In this document: one piece after another, positions 1-11,210 of the stretch
How the letters are laid out: each line of letters opens with the position of its first letter
How positions within the stretch are numbered: the stretch's first letter is position 1
Source: Eledone cirrhosa
Lineage: Eukaryota
NCBI GenBank assembly: GCA_964016885.1
Contig: OZ024742.1
Coordinates: forward strand, 329,778,001-329,842,000
Reading direction: 5' to 3'
Length of the DNA stretch: 64,000 nucleotides
Position numbers and translations under genes: made by a program
The notes under the pieces: generated by a model
What the model saw: only the letters and a program-made list of their open reading frames with translations
Told to the model about the DNA's origin: nothing
Database searches by the model: none

Positions 1-3000
1 GCCACCAGGCAGATGAAAACCGCCTGCCCTTCCTCCTCAAAGGAAGACGGCGAGACCATCTGCACAATGGACTCAGTCGACAACCGGATTAGTCCCACAC
101 GTGATAGCAACTGTTCGACATAGCTCCACAAGTCAGCAATGCTCGGGCACTGAACGAGTGCGTGCACAACGGTTTCGTCGCTATGCGCGCATCTCGGACA
201 AGATCGGCTGACGGCACTTCCGTGCCTGTAGAGCTTATCTCGAACCGGCAGCGCTCCCCGGTAGCACTGCCAGGCCAGGGATTTTTGGAAGTTATCCATA
301 GGCCCCAGGCTGAAAGTTCTCCGGAAGAGGGCAAGCAGCTGATCTTCTTCGACGCCCAGGATCTCTCCGAGAACGTCGTCGCTCTTCCCCTCCACCAGTC
401 CTGTATAGAACGCCGAGGTGGATGTTCCACCGATACTGGTGTCCAACTGGGAGAGGGCAGTGAGCGCCTGGAGACATTCCAGTTTCCAAGCGCTATCCCT
501 CGGTCCTTTTCTGACCAGGACTGCAGCTCCGTCAAGGAGACGAGCTGTGAGAAAATGTGCCTGGCGAACGGCGACCACACCCGTTCACAATCAAGGAAGC
601 ACCTGATTTATCGCAGCCTCAGTGCATGTTTGCGCATCATCAGCCATGGCATGCCCAGTCCTCCACGCAACGGATGTTGACAGCAGATGGATCGTCTGAC
701 CATGGGAGCGCGTGCCTTCCACAAAAAGCGGAAGAGGAGGCGCTCCACTTTGGTGAGAGTTGGGCTGGAGCAAGGGACGACGGTGAGGCAGTAGCAGATG
801 ACGGATGCGATGTACACATTCGCCACTTCCGCCCGGCCTTTCAGGAACAGCTTCCTCTCAGCCCATTTCTGGGTGAGGGAGGCCACACTGCTCGTCACCT
901 CGTTCCAGTTTTTCTCCATCTGGAGGTCCGGTCCGAACGAGACCCCAAGCTATTCAACCGGTCCGTCCGACCATCGCCCCACGACGCTGTCGGACGGCAT
1001 GGACTTGCCTCTCCAGGTGCCTAGCTTCAAGCCCACCGACTTTTCCTGGTTTATCTTTGCTCTTGTCACCGTTTCGTATTCCTTGAGAGCGGTGCCGAGC
1101 ATCTGGGCGTGTCTGGTGCTCGACACCACCACGGTGACGTCGTCAGCGTAAGCCGACTCAGATTTCCCGCATCCTAGTTCGCATGGGACGCCCCTCATCA
1201 CCCCCAGTTTGTTCAGTAACGGCTCGAGAGCCAATACGTACAAGAGGGACGAGAGGGGACAACCCTGGCGGACTGAGCGCATGATGCTGAACGGCTGCGA
1301 CAGGTGACCATTCACCCTCACAACTGAGCAGATGTCGCTGTACATTGCTGCGATGCAACGCCTGAAAACTGGCCCGAAACCGGCTGCCTCGAGGACCGCC
1401 GCCAGTTACCGATGGTCGACCCTATCGAATGCTTTGGATTGATCCAAGTTGATCAGGGCCCCACCCTTGCCAGGTTCCTTAACCACCCTCTCTATGATGT
1501 ATCGCATGAGGTGGAGGTTGTCGTGTATTGATCTGTCCGGGATGGCGCATGTCTGCGCCTCTCCCACCAGACCCTTGACGACAAGCGCCAACCTCGTTGC
1601 TAACACCTTGGACAAAATCTTGAACTCTGCGTTTAGCAGAGTTATGACCTGAAATTATCAATAACATCCCCCTTGTTCGGGTCTTTTCTCAGCAGCGCCA
1701 CTGCTCCCCGGCTCACAAAACTGGGAATGTTCCCGTTCTGCTGCCAGTTGCAGTAGATGTCTGCCAAGAGGTCACCGAACAAGTCTGGCATAAATGCATA
1801 AAGCTCGTATGGCAGACCATCTAAATCTGGCGATTTACCTCTTGTGCAGTTAGCCATCGCTTCCTGTATTTCACCGGCTGTTATTGGCTTTTTGCAACAC
1901 TGTGCTGCGGTCGTCGAGAGCCGAGGCAGTCCGTCGAGGTATGCACTGAAGTCCATGTCCCGATCCGGCCCGCCGCCGCTCCCGAACAGTTCAGCAAAGT
2001 CCTGCCGAAAAGCTTCACACTTCCGCTCCGGTTCAAGCATCACGCACCCGTTTTGGTCATACAAAGACCGAATTGTGGCTTTTGTTGCCACGTCGCGCCC
2101 CTGCCTCCCGGGCCCATTGGACGGCTTTTGTCCCCTCGTGTTTCAGAGCACGCGCTCTAGCTGAGACAACGCAGCCTTCGTGTTTTGCGTTGAAGAATTG
2201 GTCGAGTGCCAATCTCGCCGCAAGCACGTCGGTTGCGTTGGCTGTCCTAAACGCCTCTTCTAGCTTTCTGACTAGCCCTCTCTCTACTCTATGTTCCTCT
2301 ATCACTACTCCTTTGCTAAACCTAATCGACTCTACTTTAATAGCCCTTTTCAGGGTGAACCACCACCTGTTGTTGACGACCGCTCCCGTCAACGCCCGCT
2401 TAACTAATACGCTAATCCGGTCTCTGTAGGCCTTGCGCACCGGGAAAGACACGTTCAGCTTCCAGTAACCAGGCCCTTGTCTATGAAGTCTATGTTTGTC
2501 GATCTCACAGATCACAAATGTGTGACTGTGTAGTCGACTATTTTAAATTGTGGACAACTTATACTAGCCTTATATAGTTCCCTGCAGAATACCCTATCTA
2601 GATACGATCTGGATGACCCGATGCGGTTTGTCCATGTCCACATTGGCACATTCGGGTGATCCAGTCGATACCTGTCAGACAGTTCAAAACGTCTGAGCAG
2701 GTTGGTGAGGCTCTTGCACCCTCCTCCCCTATCCACTAGCCCCACACAATCCCAGCGTGCATCCAAGATACCGTTCCAGTCGCCCACTAACACTAAACAG
2801 CGCGACGTTCCAAGAAATGTCTCTAGACGTCTGAAGAAATCTGGCCGTCCTGCCCCTGCTGGGGCGTAGACGGCTACTAGCCTGAAAGCATTGCCTTCGC
2901 TGCCGGTCACCTCCAGCACCACCGACTTACCTTCTGGGTCCAGGAAGATGGCCCGTATCGCGAGATCCAAGCCTCTCCGAAAAAGGACGGCAACCCCTCC

Positions 3001-3200
3001 CCCCGTCCTGGACGGCTGGGAGATGCGTATACATCGTAGCCGCCGAAGATCGGTGCGAAGGCCCGTGCCTCGGAGATTCTGGTTTCACTGATGGCCACCA
3101 CATCTATGTTTAATGACCTGAGGTCATTGAGCAGGTGACCCTGCTTCCAAGATGACCCCAGGGCACGTGCATTTATACTGCCTATTCTGAGTACAGCCAT
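1..3200 (-). pseudogene. Tx1 copy A ORF2 (APE endonuclease + reverse transcriptase), disrupted
   Basis: ORF fragments: MAVLRIGSINARAL, AISET, VYAP, LVGDWN, SYLDRVF, LDQSKAFDRV, VRQGCPLS, AYADD. Several frameshifts and stops. Confidence 0.92.
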
Positions 3201-3236
3201 GTTGGATGAGAAACGGGGCAAATGAGAAAGGGTTAC

Positions 3237-5201
3237 TTACCTTTTTTGTGGTGAAGGGACAGTAGAACCGTCCCTTTCGCTGGTCATGGGTGTTTCCAAA
3301 AGGATGTCAGTGTATATCCTCTTGGTAACCGTCCCTCTGAAGTCTCCAACTGCTTTGAGGAACTTTTGTTTTAAAGGTTTGTGTTGTTCTAATGAGATTT
3401 CGATGATGCTTATGTTTGTCGGGAGAGTTCTTGGTGTTGGTGGGGTGTAGTAATTGTTTTACGTGAGGTCTGTGTGCTGCTTTATATATTTTATGAGTTC
3501 TTTTTTTGCTATGTTTATGGCTGTGTACTTTGGGGGGGGGGGGGTGATTTTGTTGCCGTTTTCCTCTTGTTTCTGTTTGGTGTGTGTGTCTTGTTGTCTT
3601 TGCGTTGTTGGTGTTTGTGGTGGTGTTGCTGCACGTTTCCTTGCTGCCTTTACCCCTCTTTGTATGCCTTCGCCTTGGGAGGGTGAATCTAAGAGTTTTT
3701 TGTTTTTTGTTTTTTGTGGCAGACTGTTTGCCACGTCACTCCCGCCTCAAACTCCATGTCGGATTCTGTGGTGTATGGGAGGGGTATGTGCTCCACGGCT
3801 GTTGGTGGTGGTAGTGGAGCCTCTTCGGCAATGTTGTTGCTGGTGTAGCTATTTCAAATGTAGCTATTGGTGTTGCCGCTACTGATGATGCTGCTTTAGT
3901 TATCCGTGGCCTTGGTACGGGTGCTATGGACGTTGCCCTCCTACGCACCGTGGAAGGGGCTTCTTCGTTTGTTGCCTGTCCTGCTCTTCGGTGTCTTCTG
4001 CGGGCAAAAGGCCCTGAGGTGACCTTTCGACCCACAGAGATAACATTTTGGCCGTCTTCCTTCTACACTTATAGGGAGTTGGAGTCCTTCCTCAAAGTCT
4101 ATGATATCGGGGATAGCCTCGATACATTCCTGGTCAGTTTGTATAAGCATTTGCATGCCTATACCTGACCAGTTCTCTCTCCCTATTTTTTCTACTTGCA
4201 GCATGGTCGCCCTGTTCTCAATTCCATCTAGGACAGACGCGGCCAGCCAAGGTATGGGCGCGTCGGGTGGGACCTGGGTCACTTTGACCCTCACAATTTT
4301 CTGCCCGCAGTAGGAGGGCACCAAGACTAACTCCTCACTCTTTCGGGTTTCCAAAGAGTGAGACTTGCTTCCTGGGGGGTGGCGAAAAGTACGTCTACTG
4401 TGGCGTACTTTCTGTCTCGGGTGATGTGGGTTTTGGTGCCCAGACGCACCCCAAGGCTTTTTGGATTTTAGCCTCCGTGGCTCTCTCCACTCGATGTGAC
4501 ATTTTGCTTATGCTGCGGTAAGTCACCGTTCGTAGCTCCTGGTCCTTGAAAAAATCGGGTGGGGGTTTCAGGGAAACTCTATTTGCGCTTCTTGCCATCT
4601 CCTCCTCTGTGACTAACACTGTCTCGATATTTCGGGCGACACCTGCAAAAGAAGTGGTCCTTTTTTCAGCAGCACTACTATTGCTGCCGCTACTGGTCTT
4701 ACTGGTGGTGCTGAGGTCGCTATTACAGGTATCGGTGTCATTGTTGTTCTTTTCGCTGGTACAGTTGTTGGTGTTGTTTTCGTTGATACTGTTGCTGCTG
4801 TTACTGTTGTTGTTATTAATGTTGTTTTTGTTGATAGTGTTCCTACTATTATTGTTGTTGTGGCTGTTGTTATTGTCATTGTTATTGTCGTTCTCGACCA
4901 TACCGCCGTTATTTTTGTTATTGTCGTTCTCGACCTTACCACTGTTATTTTTGTCATTGTCGTTCTCGACTTTACCGCTGTTATTTTTGGTGTTGTTGTT
5001 GGTGATGTTGTTGGTGTTATTGTTGGTGTTGTTTGTGTTAGAAATATTTGTTAATTTTAAATCTGTAACAATCTTTTTTTCCTTTGTAATATTTTCGTTT
5101 ATATTTACCTCAGCTGGAACGCTGTCTTGTTGACATGCTGATAAAGTCTCCCTCTCTCTGTGTTGTCTGACAGCGCTCTCTCTCTCTTTTGTGTTATCCA
5201 T
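3237..5201 (-). pseudogene. Tx1 copy A ORF1 (Asn-rich N-terminus, RRM-like region, CCHC zinc knuckle), disrupted
   Basis: caacATG at 5201; ORFs 4395-5216, 3941-4354 (CX2CX4HX4C) and 3459-3734; reading ends ...VPSPQKR* at 3237-3239. Confidence 0.85.
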
Positions 5202-5416
5202 GTTGACATTTTTCAAAAAATATTTTTACACAAATACGAATACGACACCCCGTAAAGGGATGCCGTATTATTTACTAGTGAACCCCTGTATTAGGTGGGT
5301 CACTTCTTCTAAACTTTTATCAAATTTAAAACTTGAATAAAAGGTTTAGAACGGTTGAAAAAGAGGTAAAACGTTGAAAAAGACTGGAGGCGATAAGAAG
5401 CATGGCTTCACCAACC

Positions 5417-5424
5417 AATAATAA

Positions 5425-5463
<39 letters not shown>
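5417..5463. repeat. (AAT)n microsatellite at the 5' end of Tx1 copy A
   Basis: Directly visible. Confidence 0.97.
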
Positions 5464-5867
5464 GAAAACGCACATGGAGGATATATATCGTTATGGAATC
5501 GCTCCCGTAAGTTTTTGATTTTTACTTCGTTAAAACAACTTTGATAGAATAATTTTTATTACAAATGAACAATAAGATTACAGTTTTCACGCTCAGCAAG
5601 CCATAACGCATCACTTTACGGCAAAGGGCCCCAATATTTAATATTAATTTTGGATCAGAAATGTTATATTCGAAAAAGAGGAAAATGGTAAAATGGATTA
5701 ATAGCTAAATAGCTAAATAGCTAAGTAGACAAACAGAAACATAATTTCACCACCAACACCACCACCACTACCACGCCAAAAACTCTAGTCAAGTTACTTC
5801 AACTTCTATTTCTACTTCAACTTCAACACCATCACTACAGTACTACGATCACATCACCACCACCACA

Positions 5868-6001
5868 GCCTCATTATCGCTACCGCCGCTATTCTCTCCC
5901 ACTACCTCCTGCTAAGTACTACTAGCACAGCACCACCACCACCACCACCTCTGCCTCATTATCACTACCGCCGCTATTCTCTCCCACTACCTCCTGCTAA
6001 G
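5868..6001. repeat. 49-bp direct repeat with 85-bp period in an (ACC)-rich tract
   Basis: gcctcattatc(g/a)ctaccgccgctattctctcccactacctcctgctaag at 5868 and 5953. Confidence 0.9.
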
Positions 6002-6299
6002 ACATGCATCGTAGTGTACCCACTAAAAGAGGAAGGCATCAAAAGATATAAATAGACTGATTTGATGACCCGGTCAGAAAATCAAAAAAACAAAAATCAA
6101 AATCAAAGCAGCACAGCAACAACGAAAAACGTAAAGAAAAGAAAAATGAAAAGAAAAACAAACAGACAGAGAGAGAAGGGAAGGGAAAAACTAAGTCAGA
6201 CATTCAAACATTACATTACAATGAAACTTATGCTTATTCTTGTTGGGTTTTTTTTTAAACCTATTTGTTTGTTTGTTTGTTTATTTATGTTCGTCTACA

Positions 6300-8371
6300 G
6301 CGTGATAGTGCCACACAAAAATCACCGGTGGTTATGTGACCATACATTCACCAATCCTCGATAAGAGTGTTTAAATGTTGAACCTAAACAGTTCGAATAA
6401 CGGTGAAGTGGAGACTGGAAAGTCATGTGACAGACTCTCACCCAGAAGGTGCTCCCTGGCTCAGCAGCAGGGACCTGGCTGTCAACCAAATACTGCTGGT
6501 TTGGGATGAAGAAGAAGAAGGAAAGGGACCAGAACCAACTGGACGAAAGAATTGAATAGAACTGTTCTGCAAAGTTATCTGAAGAGTAACCCCAAGGAGA
6601 AAGGCTATAGGAAACGGATGCATAACATCTGGAACGAGATTGGTCTATTTAAATTAGATGAACAAAAATTAGCCGGGCAGGCTCGGGTAATAAGAACTAA
6701 TGGGTGCATAAGCGAGCTGGAACTGGAGGAACTGAGCAGAGAGATTAGGTTGGAACTGGAGAGTGGAGTATGCCAGGCAAGCGAGCCAGTGGGAAATGAA
6801 GGAGTAGAGGTTGAGAGAACGGAGGAACCATCCGAAGCAGACAATGATCTGAATGCTGAAATAAATAATACCTGGAACAAAGATACGGCATTGAGGAGAT
6901 GAATGCTGACGGGCTAGGACAAGATTTGGTTGATATCCTAAACTTAGTGGTAGATGAATTGAAGAATGATAGTGGGAAACCTATGAACCTAAGATTTGTA
7001 GACAGGAAATAGTTAAAAGAAACAACAGCTAAGGTAAACAAAGTTATTCCATACCTTGAGGCGAGGAGCCTTCACCAGTCCAACAATATCCTCAAAGCAA
7101 CAGCAAATGCGGTGAGGAAATTACTTGGTATAAAAGCGAGAGGAAACAACAAACAAGAAAGATCAGAGCCTTGATGGAAGAAACGACTGAATGGTCAAAT
7201 CAAGGAAATGAGAAATGATATTGGAAAGCTTGAGTCCCTACGGAATGGGACACTAAAAAACATAGACACTAAAAATAGACTGGAAATAAAGTACACAACT
7301 AGGAGGAAAAAGCTAAATAGTATCATAGAGGAACTGAAGCAACGCATTGTAGCAAAGAGTGCAACAATTAGGCGATACGAGAGCAGAGTCAGTCAGTATA
7401 GACAGAACCGCATGTTTGCCAACAACCAGAAGATGCTGTTTGGACAGCTTGAAGGGAAAGAAAGAGGCAACAACTTGATCCCGGAGGCGGAACAAACTAA
7501 GACATTCTGGAGAGGAATATGGGAGCAGGATGTTAAACATAATGACCAGGCAGTGTGGATTGAGACAGTACAAAGGGAGATTAGAGAACAGGCACACCAA
7601 CAAACTGATTTGAGTATCACAATTGAAACTCTTAAGGGGCAGGTCAAAAAAACTAACCAACTGGAAATCACCAGGCCCAGATGGTGTGCAGGGGTATTGG
7701 ATTAAAAATATAACATCCCTCCACCCGAAACTGACAACCATGTTCAATGACTGCTTGATGTCAGGTGAGGTACCAGAGTGGTTGACAAAAGGTACCACAG
7801 TTCTGGTAATGAAAGACCGAATCAACGATAATGATGTTAACAACTATAGACCTATCACATGTCTGTCCGTAATGTGGAAACTGTTGACAAGCATTATGTC
7901 TGAGGAAATCTACCATCACCTCCACACAAACAACTTGTTACTGTACGAAACGAAAGGATGCCGAAAGAAGTCCCGTGGTAAAAAGGACCAGTTACTTATA
8001 GATAAGATGGTAATGAGGAATTGCAAGAGGAGACACACTGGTCTTTCCATGGGATGGATAGACTACAAAAAGGCATTTGACATGGAGCCGCATTCTTGGA
8101 TTAGCAAAAGCCTAGAGATCTTCAACATGGCAGATATCATCAGACTGTTGTTGGGCAAAATATGAAATCCTGGAAAACAGAGTTAACTTCAGCTGGAGAA
8201 TCCTTGGGAGCCGTGAAGATCTAGACAGGTATCTTCAAGTGAGATAGTCTGTCCCCACTGTTGTTTGCCCTTGCCCTGATGCCCCTGACTATTATACTGC
8301 GAAAAGTGAGGGCAGGATACAAGTTGGGAAAGGGAGAGCTTACCATCAATCACCTCCTCCTCATGGAGGAT
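6300..8371 (+). mobile_element. R4/Dong-clade non-LTR retrotransposon, copy 1, 3'-truncated at the RT catalytic motif
   Basis: N-terminal NWTKELN..GYRKRM..W..EQKL motif; NWKSPGPDGVQGYW, NYRPITCL, KGC..DQLL, WIDYKKAFD, INHLLLMED. Start approximate. Confidence 0.88.
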
Positions 8372-8399
8372 GTGATTGATGGTAAACTCTCCCTTTCCC

Positions 8400-11180
8400 C
8401 ACAGTCCCAGTGTGCATCTAAGATCCCGTTCCAGTCGCCCACTAACACTAAAGAGCGGGACGTTCCAAGAAAAGTCTCCAGACGCCGGAAGAAATCAGGC
8501 CGCCCTGCTCCTGTCAGGGCATAGACGGCCACTAGCCTGAAAGCTTGCCCGTCTCCGCTGGTCACGTCCAGCACCACCAGCTTACCCTCTGGGTCCAGGA
8601 AGATGGCCCGTATGGCGAGATCCAAACCTCTCCGAAAAAGCACAGCAACTCCCGATCCCGGACGGCTGGGAGATGCGTACACATCGTAGCCGCCGAAATC
8701 GGTGCGAAGGCCCGTGCTTCGGAGATCTGGTATCACTGATGGCCACTACATCTATGTTTAGTGACCAGAGGTCGTTGAGCAGGTCACCCTGCTTCCATGA
8801 CGACCCCAAGCCACGCGCATTTATGCTGCCTATTCTGAGTGAGGTCATGTTTAAAATAGAGTGGAAAAGATGGGAAAGACCACTTACCGTACTTTTCGTA
8901 GAGGAGGGATGGTTTTTACATAGCTTTTCACTTCATCGTCTGGTGAAGGGACGGTTGAATCGTCCCTTCGGCTTGTCGTCGGCCCTTCTATGAGTATGTC
9001 CGAATATACTCTTCGGTTGATAGTTCCTCCTAGGTCTCTGAAATCACAAACTGCGTTGGGGAATTTCGTTTTAATGTTTGTGTATTGTTTCTGTGCTATT
9101 TTTAGCAGTCTTATATTAGTTGGCGTTTTGATTGGTGCTGGTATTATGTAGTCGTGTTGTGAAATGTCTGTGTTCAATTATGTAAGTCATTAGTTTCTTG
9201 TTTTGTGTATTTATTGCCGTGCATTTGTTTTTCTGGGGGTGGGGTGTGGTTCTGCTATTTTCTTGTCGTTGTTGCTGGGTGTGTGTGTTTTGTTGTTGTG
9301 TTTGTGATGTTGGTGCTTGTGGTGGTTGTGTTGAAGCTGTTGTTGGCGGTGGGGTTGTCGCCGGTGGTGCTGGTGGTGCTAGTGTGGGTGGTGATGGTGT
9401 TGGTGGTGTTGCTGCTGTGAGTCTCTTTGCAGTAGACTTTACCCTTTCATTTCTGTCCTCCCTTTTTAAAGGCGACGATGCGATGCTTCTGCGTTTGTGC
9501 CTTCTTACGACCTTTTGCCATCCCTCTCCCACCTCACACTCCATGTCTGATTCTGTGAGGTCGGGGAGGGGTACCAGCTCCACTCTTTCACTTGTTGTTG
9601 TTGGTGATGTTTACACTGGAGTCTCTGCTGGAGCTGCATTTGGGATTGCTGTTGTTGTTGTTAATACTTTCACTGCTGCTGCTGTTTTTGATTTCCGTGG
9701 CGTGGGTATGGGTGCCACGGACCTATTGTTCCTGGATGCCGCTTGTCCTGTTGCTGGTAGCCGTGGAGCCGGTTTCGGAAGGAGGGGGGTTTTCTCCTTT
9801 CTCAGTGTCTTCTCGTTGCAGAAGGCCCTAATGTGAGTCTTCGAACCACAGCGAAAGCATTTCGGGCGTTTGCCCTCAACACTTATGGGCAGTTGAGTGC
9901 CTTTATCGAAGTCTATCACATACGGGATAGCTTCGATGCACTCCTGGTTGGTTTGGATTAACATCTCAATGAAGGTGCCGACCCAATCTTCTCTTACTTT
10001 TTCTGTAATTGCAGTACAGCTGTTTTGTCCTCGATTCTGACGAGGACAGACGCGGCCAGCCAAGAAGCGGCCATCCCGGGGGGGGGGGACGTGGGTCAGT
10101 TTGAGCCTCACAATTTTTTGCCCGCAGTAGGAGGGCACCAACACCATTTCCTCGCTCCTTACGGTCACTAAGGATTGAGCCTTTGTCTCCTGGGGTGTGG
10201 CAAAAAGTACATCTACGGTGGCATATTTCTTGCCTCGGGTGATGTGCGTTTTCCGCTGCCACACAGACCCCAAGGCTTTTTGTATTTGAGCCTCTGTGGC
10301 TCTTTCAACCCTACGGGATTTTGTACTTACTGTACGGTACGTGACCGTACAGTGCTGTTGGGTTTCGAAAAACTTGTCCGCTGCCTTGCAGATTGCTCGG
10401 TGTCCAGCTTTTGTCACCATCTGCTTCGCTTCCTATAATTCCTCATTTATATGAGGTTGGTTTCCAGATTCTTCGCGATACCTGCAAATGAGATTGGTTT
10501 TTCTTTGCTGCTGTTGTTGTTGTTGTTGTCGTCAGAGCTGCTGTTACTTTTGTTGTTGCTGCAGGTACTACGACTACTGCCGCCGCCGCTGTTGCTGTGG
10601 TTGTTGTTGTTGTTGTTGTTGCTGCTGCTAATGCTGTTGTTGTTTATGCTGCTGTTGATGCTGTTGCGGCTGCTACTATTGTTTTCATTGTCACTGTTGC
10701 TGTTGTTATTACGGCTGCTACTGCTATTATTCCTGACGTCAGACGAATGAAATGGGTTTTCGTATTTCCCGTACACCTGTTTCGTCGTTGTTGTCGTCGT
10801 CGTGGAGAAATCTTGCACGCTTTGCACGAGCCTTTTCTTTACTGTCGTCGCTTGCGAAAGAGAAGGGAGGGAGAGAGACAATCTTCTCTCTGCTGTAGTG
10901 ACGATTGAGGAAGAAGAAGACGGAATGAGTGGGAGTGACCTATGAAAATTATTTTTCGTAGCCATGTTGTTTTTTTGTTTAAAATAAATATTGGGCACAA
11001 AACCCCAATAAGCAGTTATTTAACCCCGAAGGGCCAAATAACGGGCAGAAAGACCCCTCTCCCGAGGAGGAGGGTGTTTTTGTCTACAAGTTGGTTAAAG
11101 TTTTAAACAATTTACAATTGTTATAGCGGTCAAAATTTACAATACCTTACAGAACCAAGCCTCCGTCAACCATAGCATTC
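8400..11180 (-). mobile_element. Tx1/L1-clade element, copy B (5'UTR, ORF1 10965-8884, ORF2 from 8848, cut inside the APE domain)
   Basis: CFRCGSKTHIRAFC knuckle; MTSLRIGSINARGL...LVGDWNG; 5' end abuts (AAT)n at 11181. Confidence 0.9.
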
Positions 11181-11210
11181 AATAATAATAATAATAATAA
11201 TAATAATAAT
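11181..11210. repeat. (AAT)10 between the 5' end of Tx1 copy B and the 5' end of R4 copy 2
   Basis: Directly visible. Confidence 0.97.

Larger units (their letters stand above)
1..5416 (-). mobile_element. Tx1/L1-clade non-LTR retrotransposon, copy A (5'-complete, 3' end runs off the window, frameshifted)
   Basis: 5'UTR abuts (AAT)n at 5417. ORF1 carries CYLCGSKGHLRAFC; ORF2 carries APE and RT motifs. Collinear with copies B-D. Confidence 0.92.
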
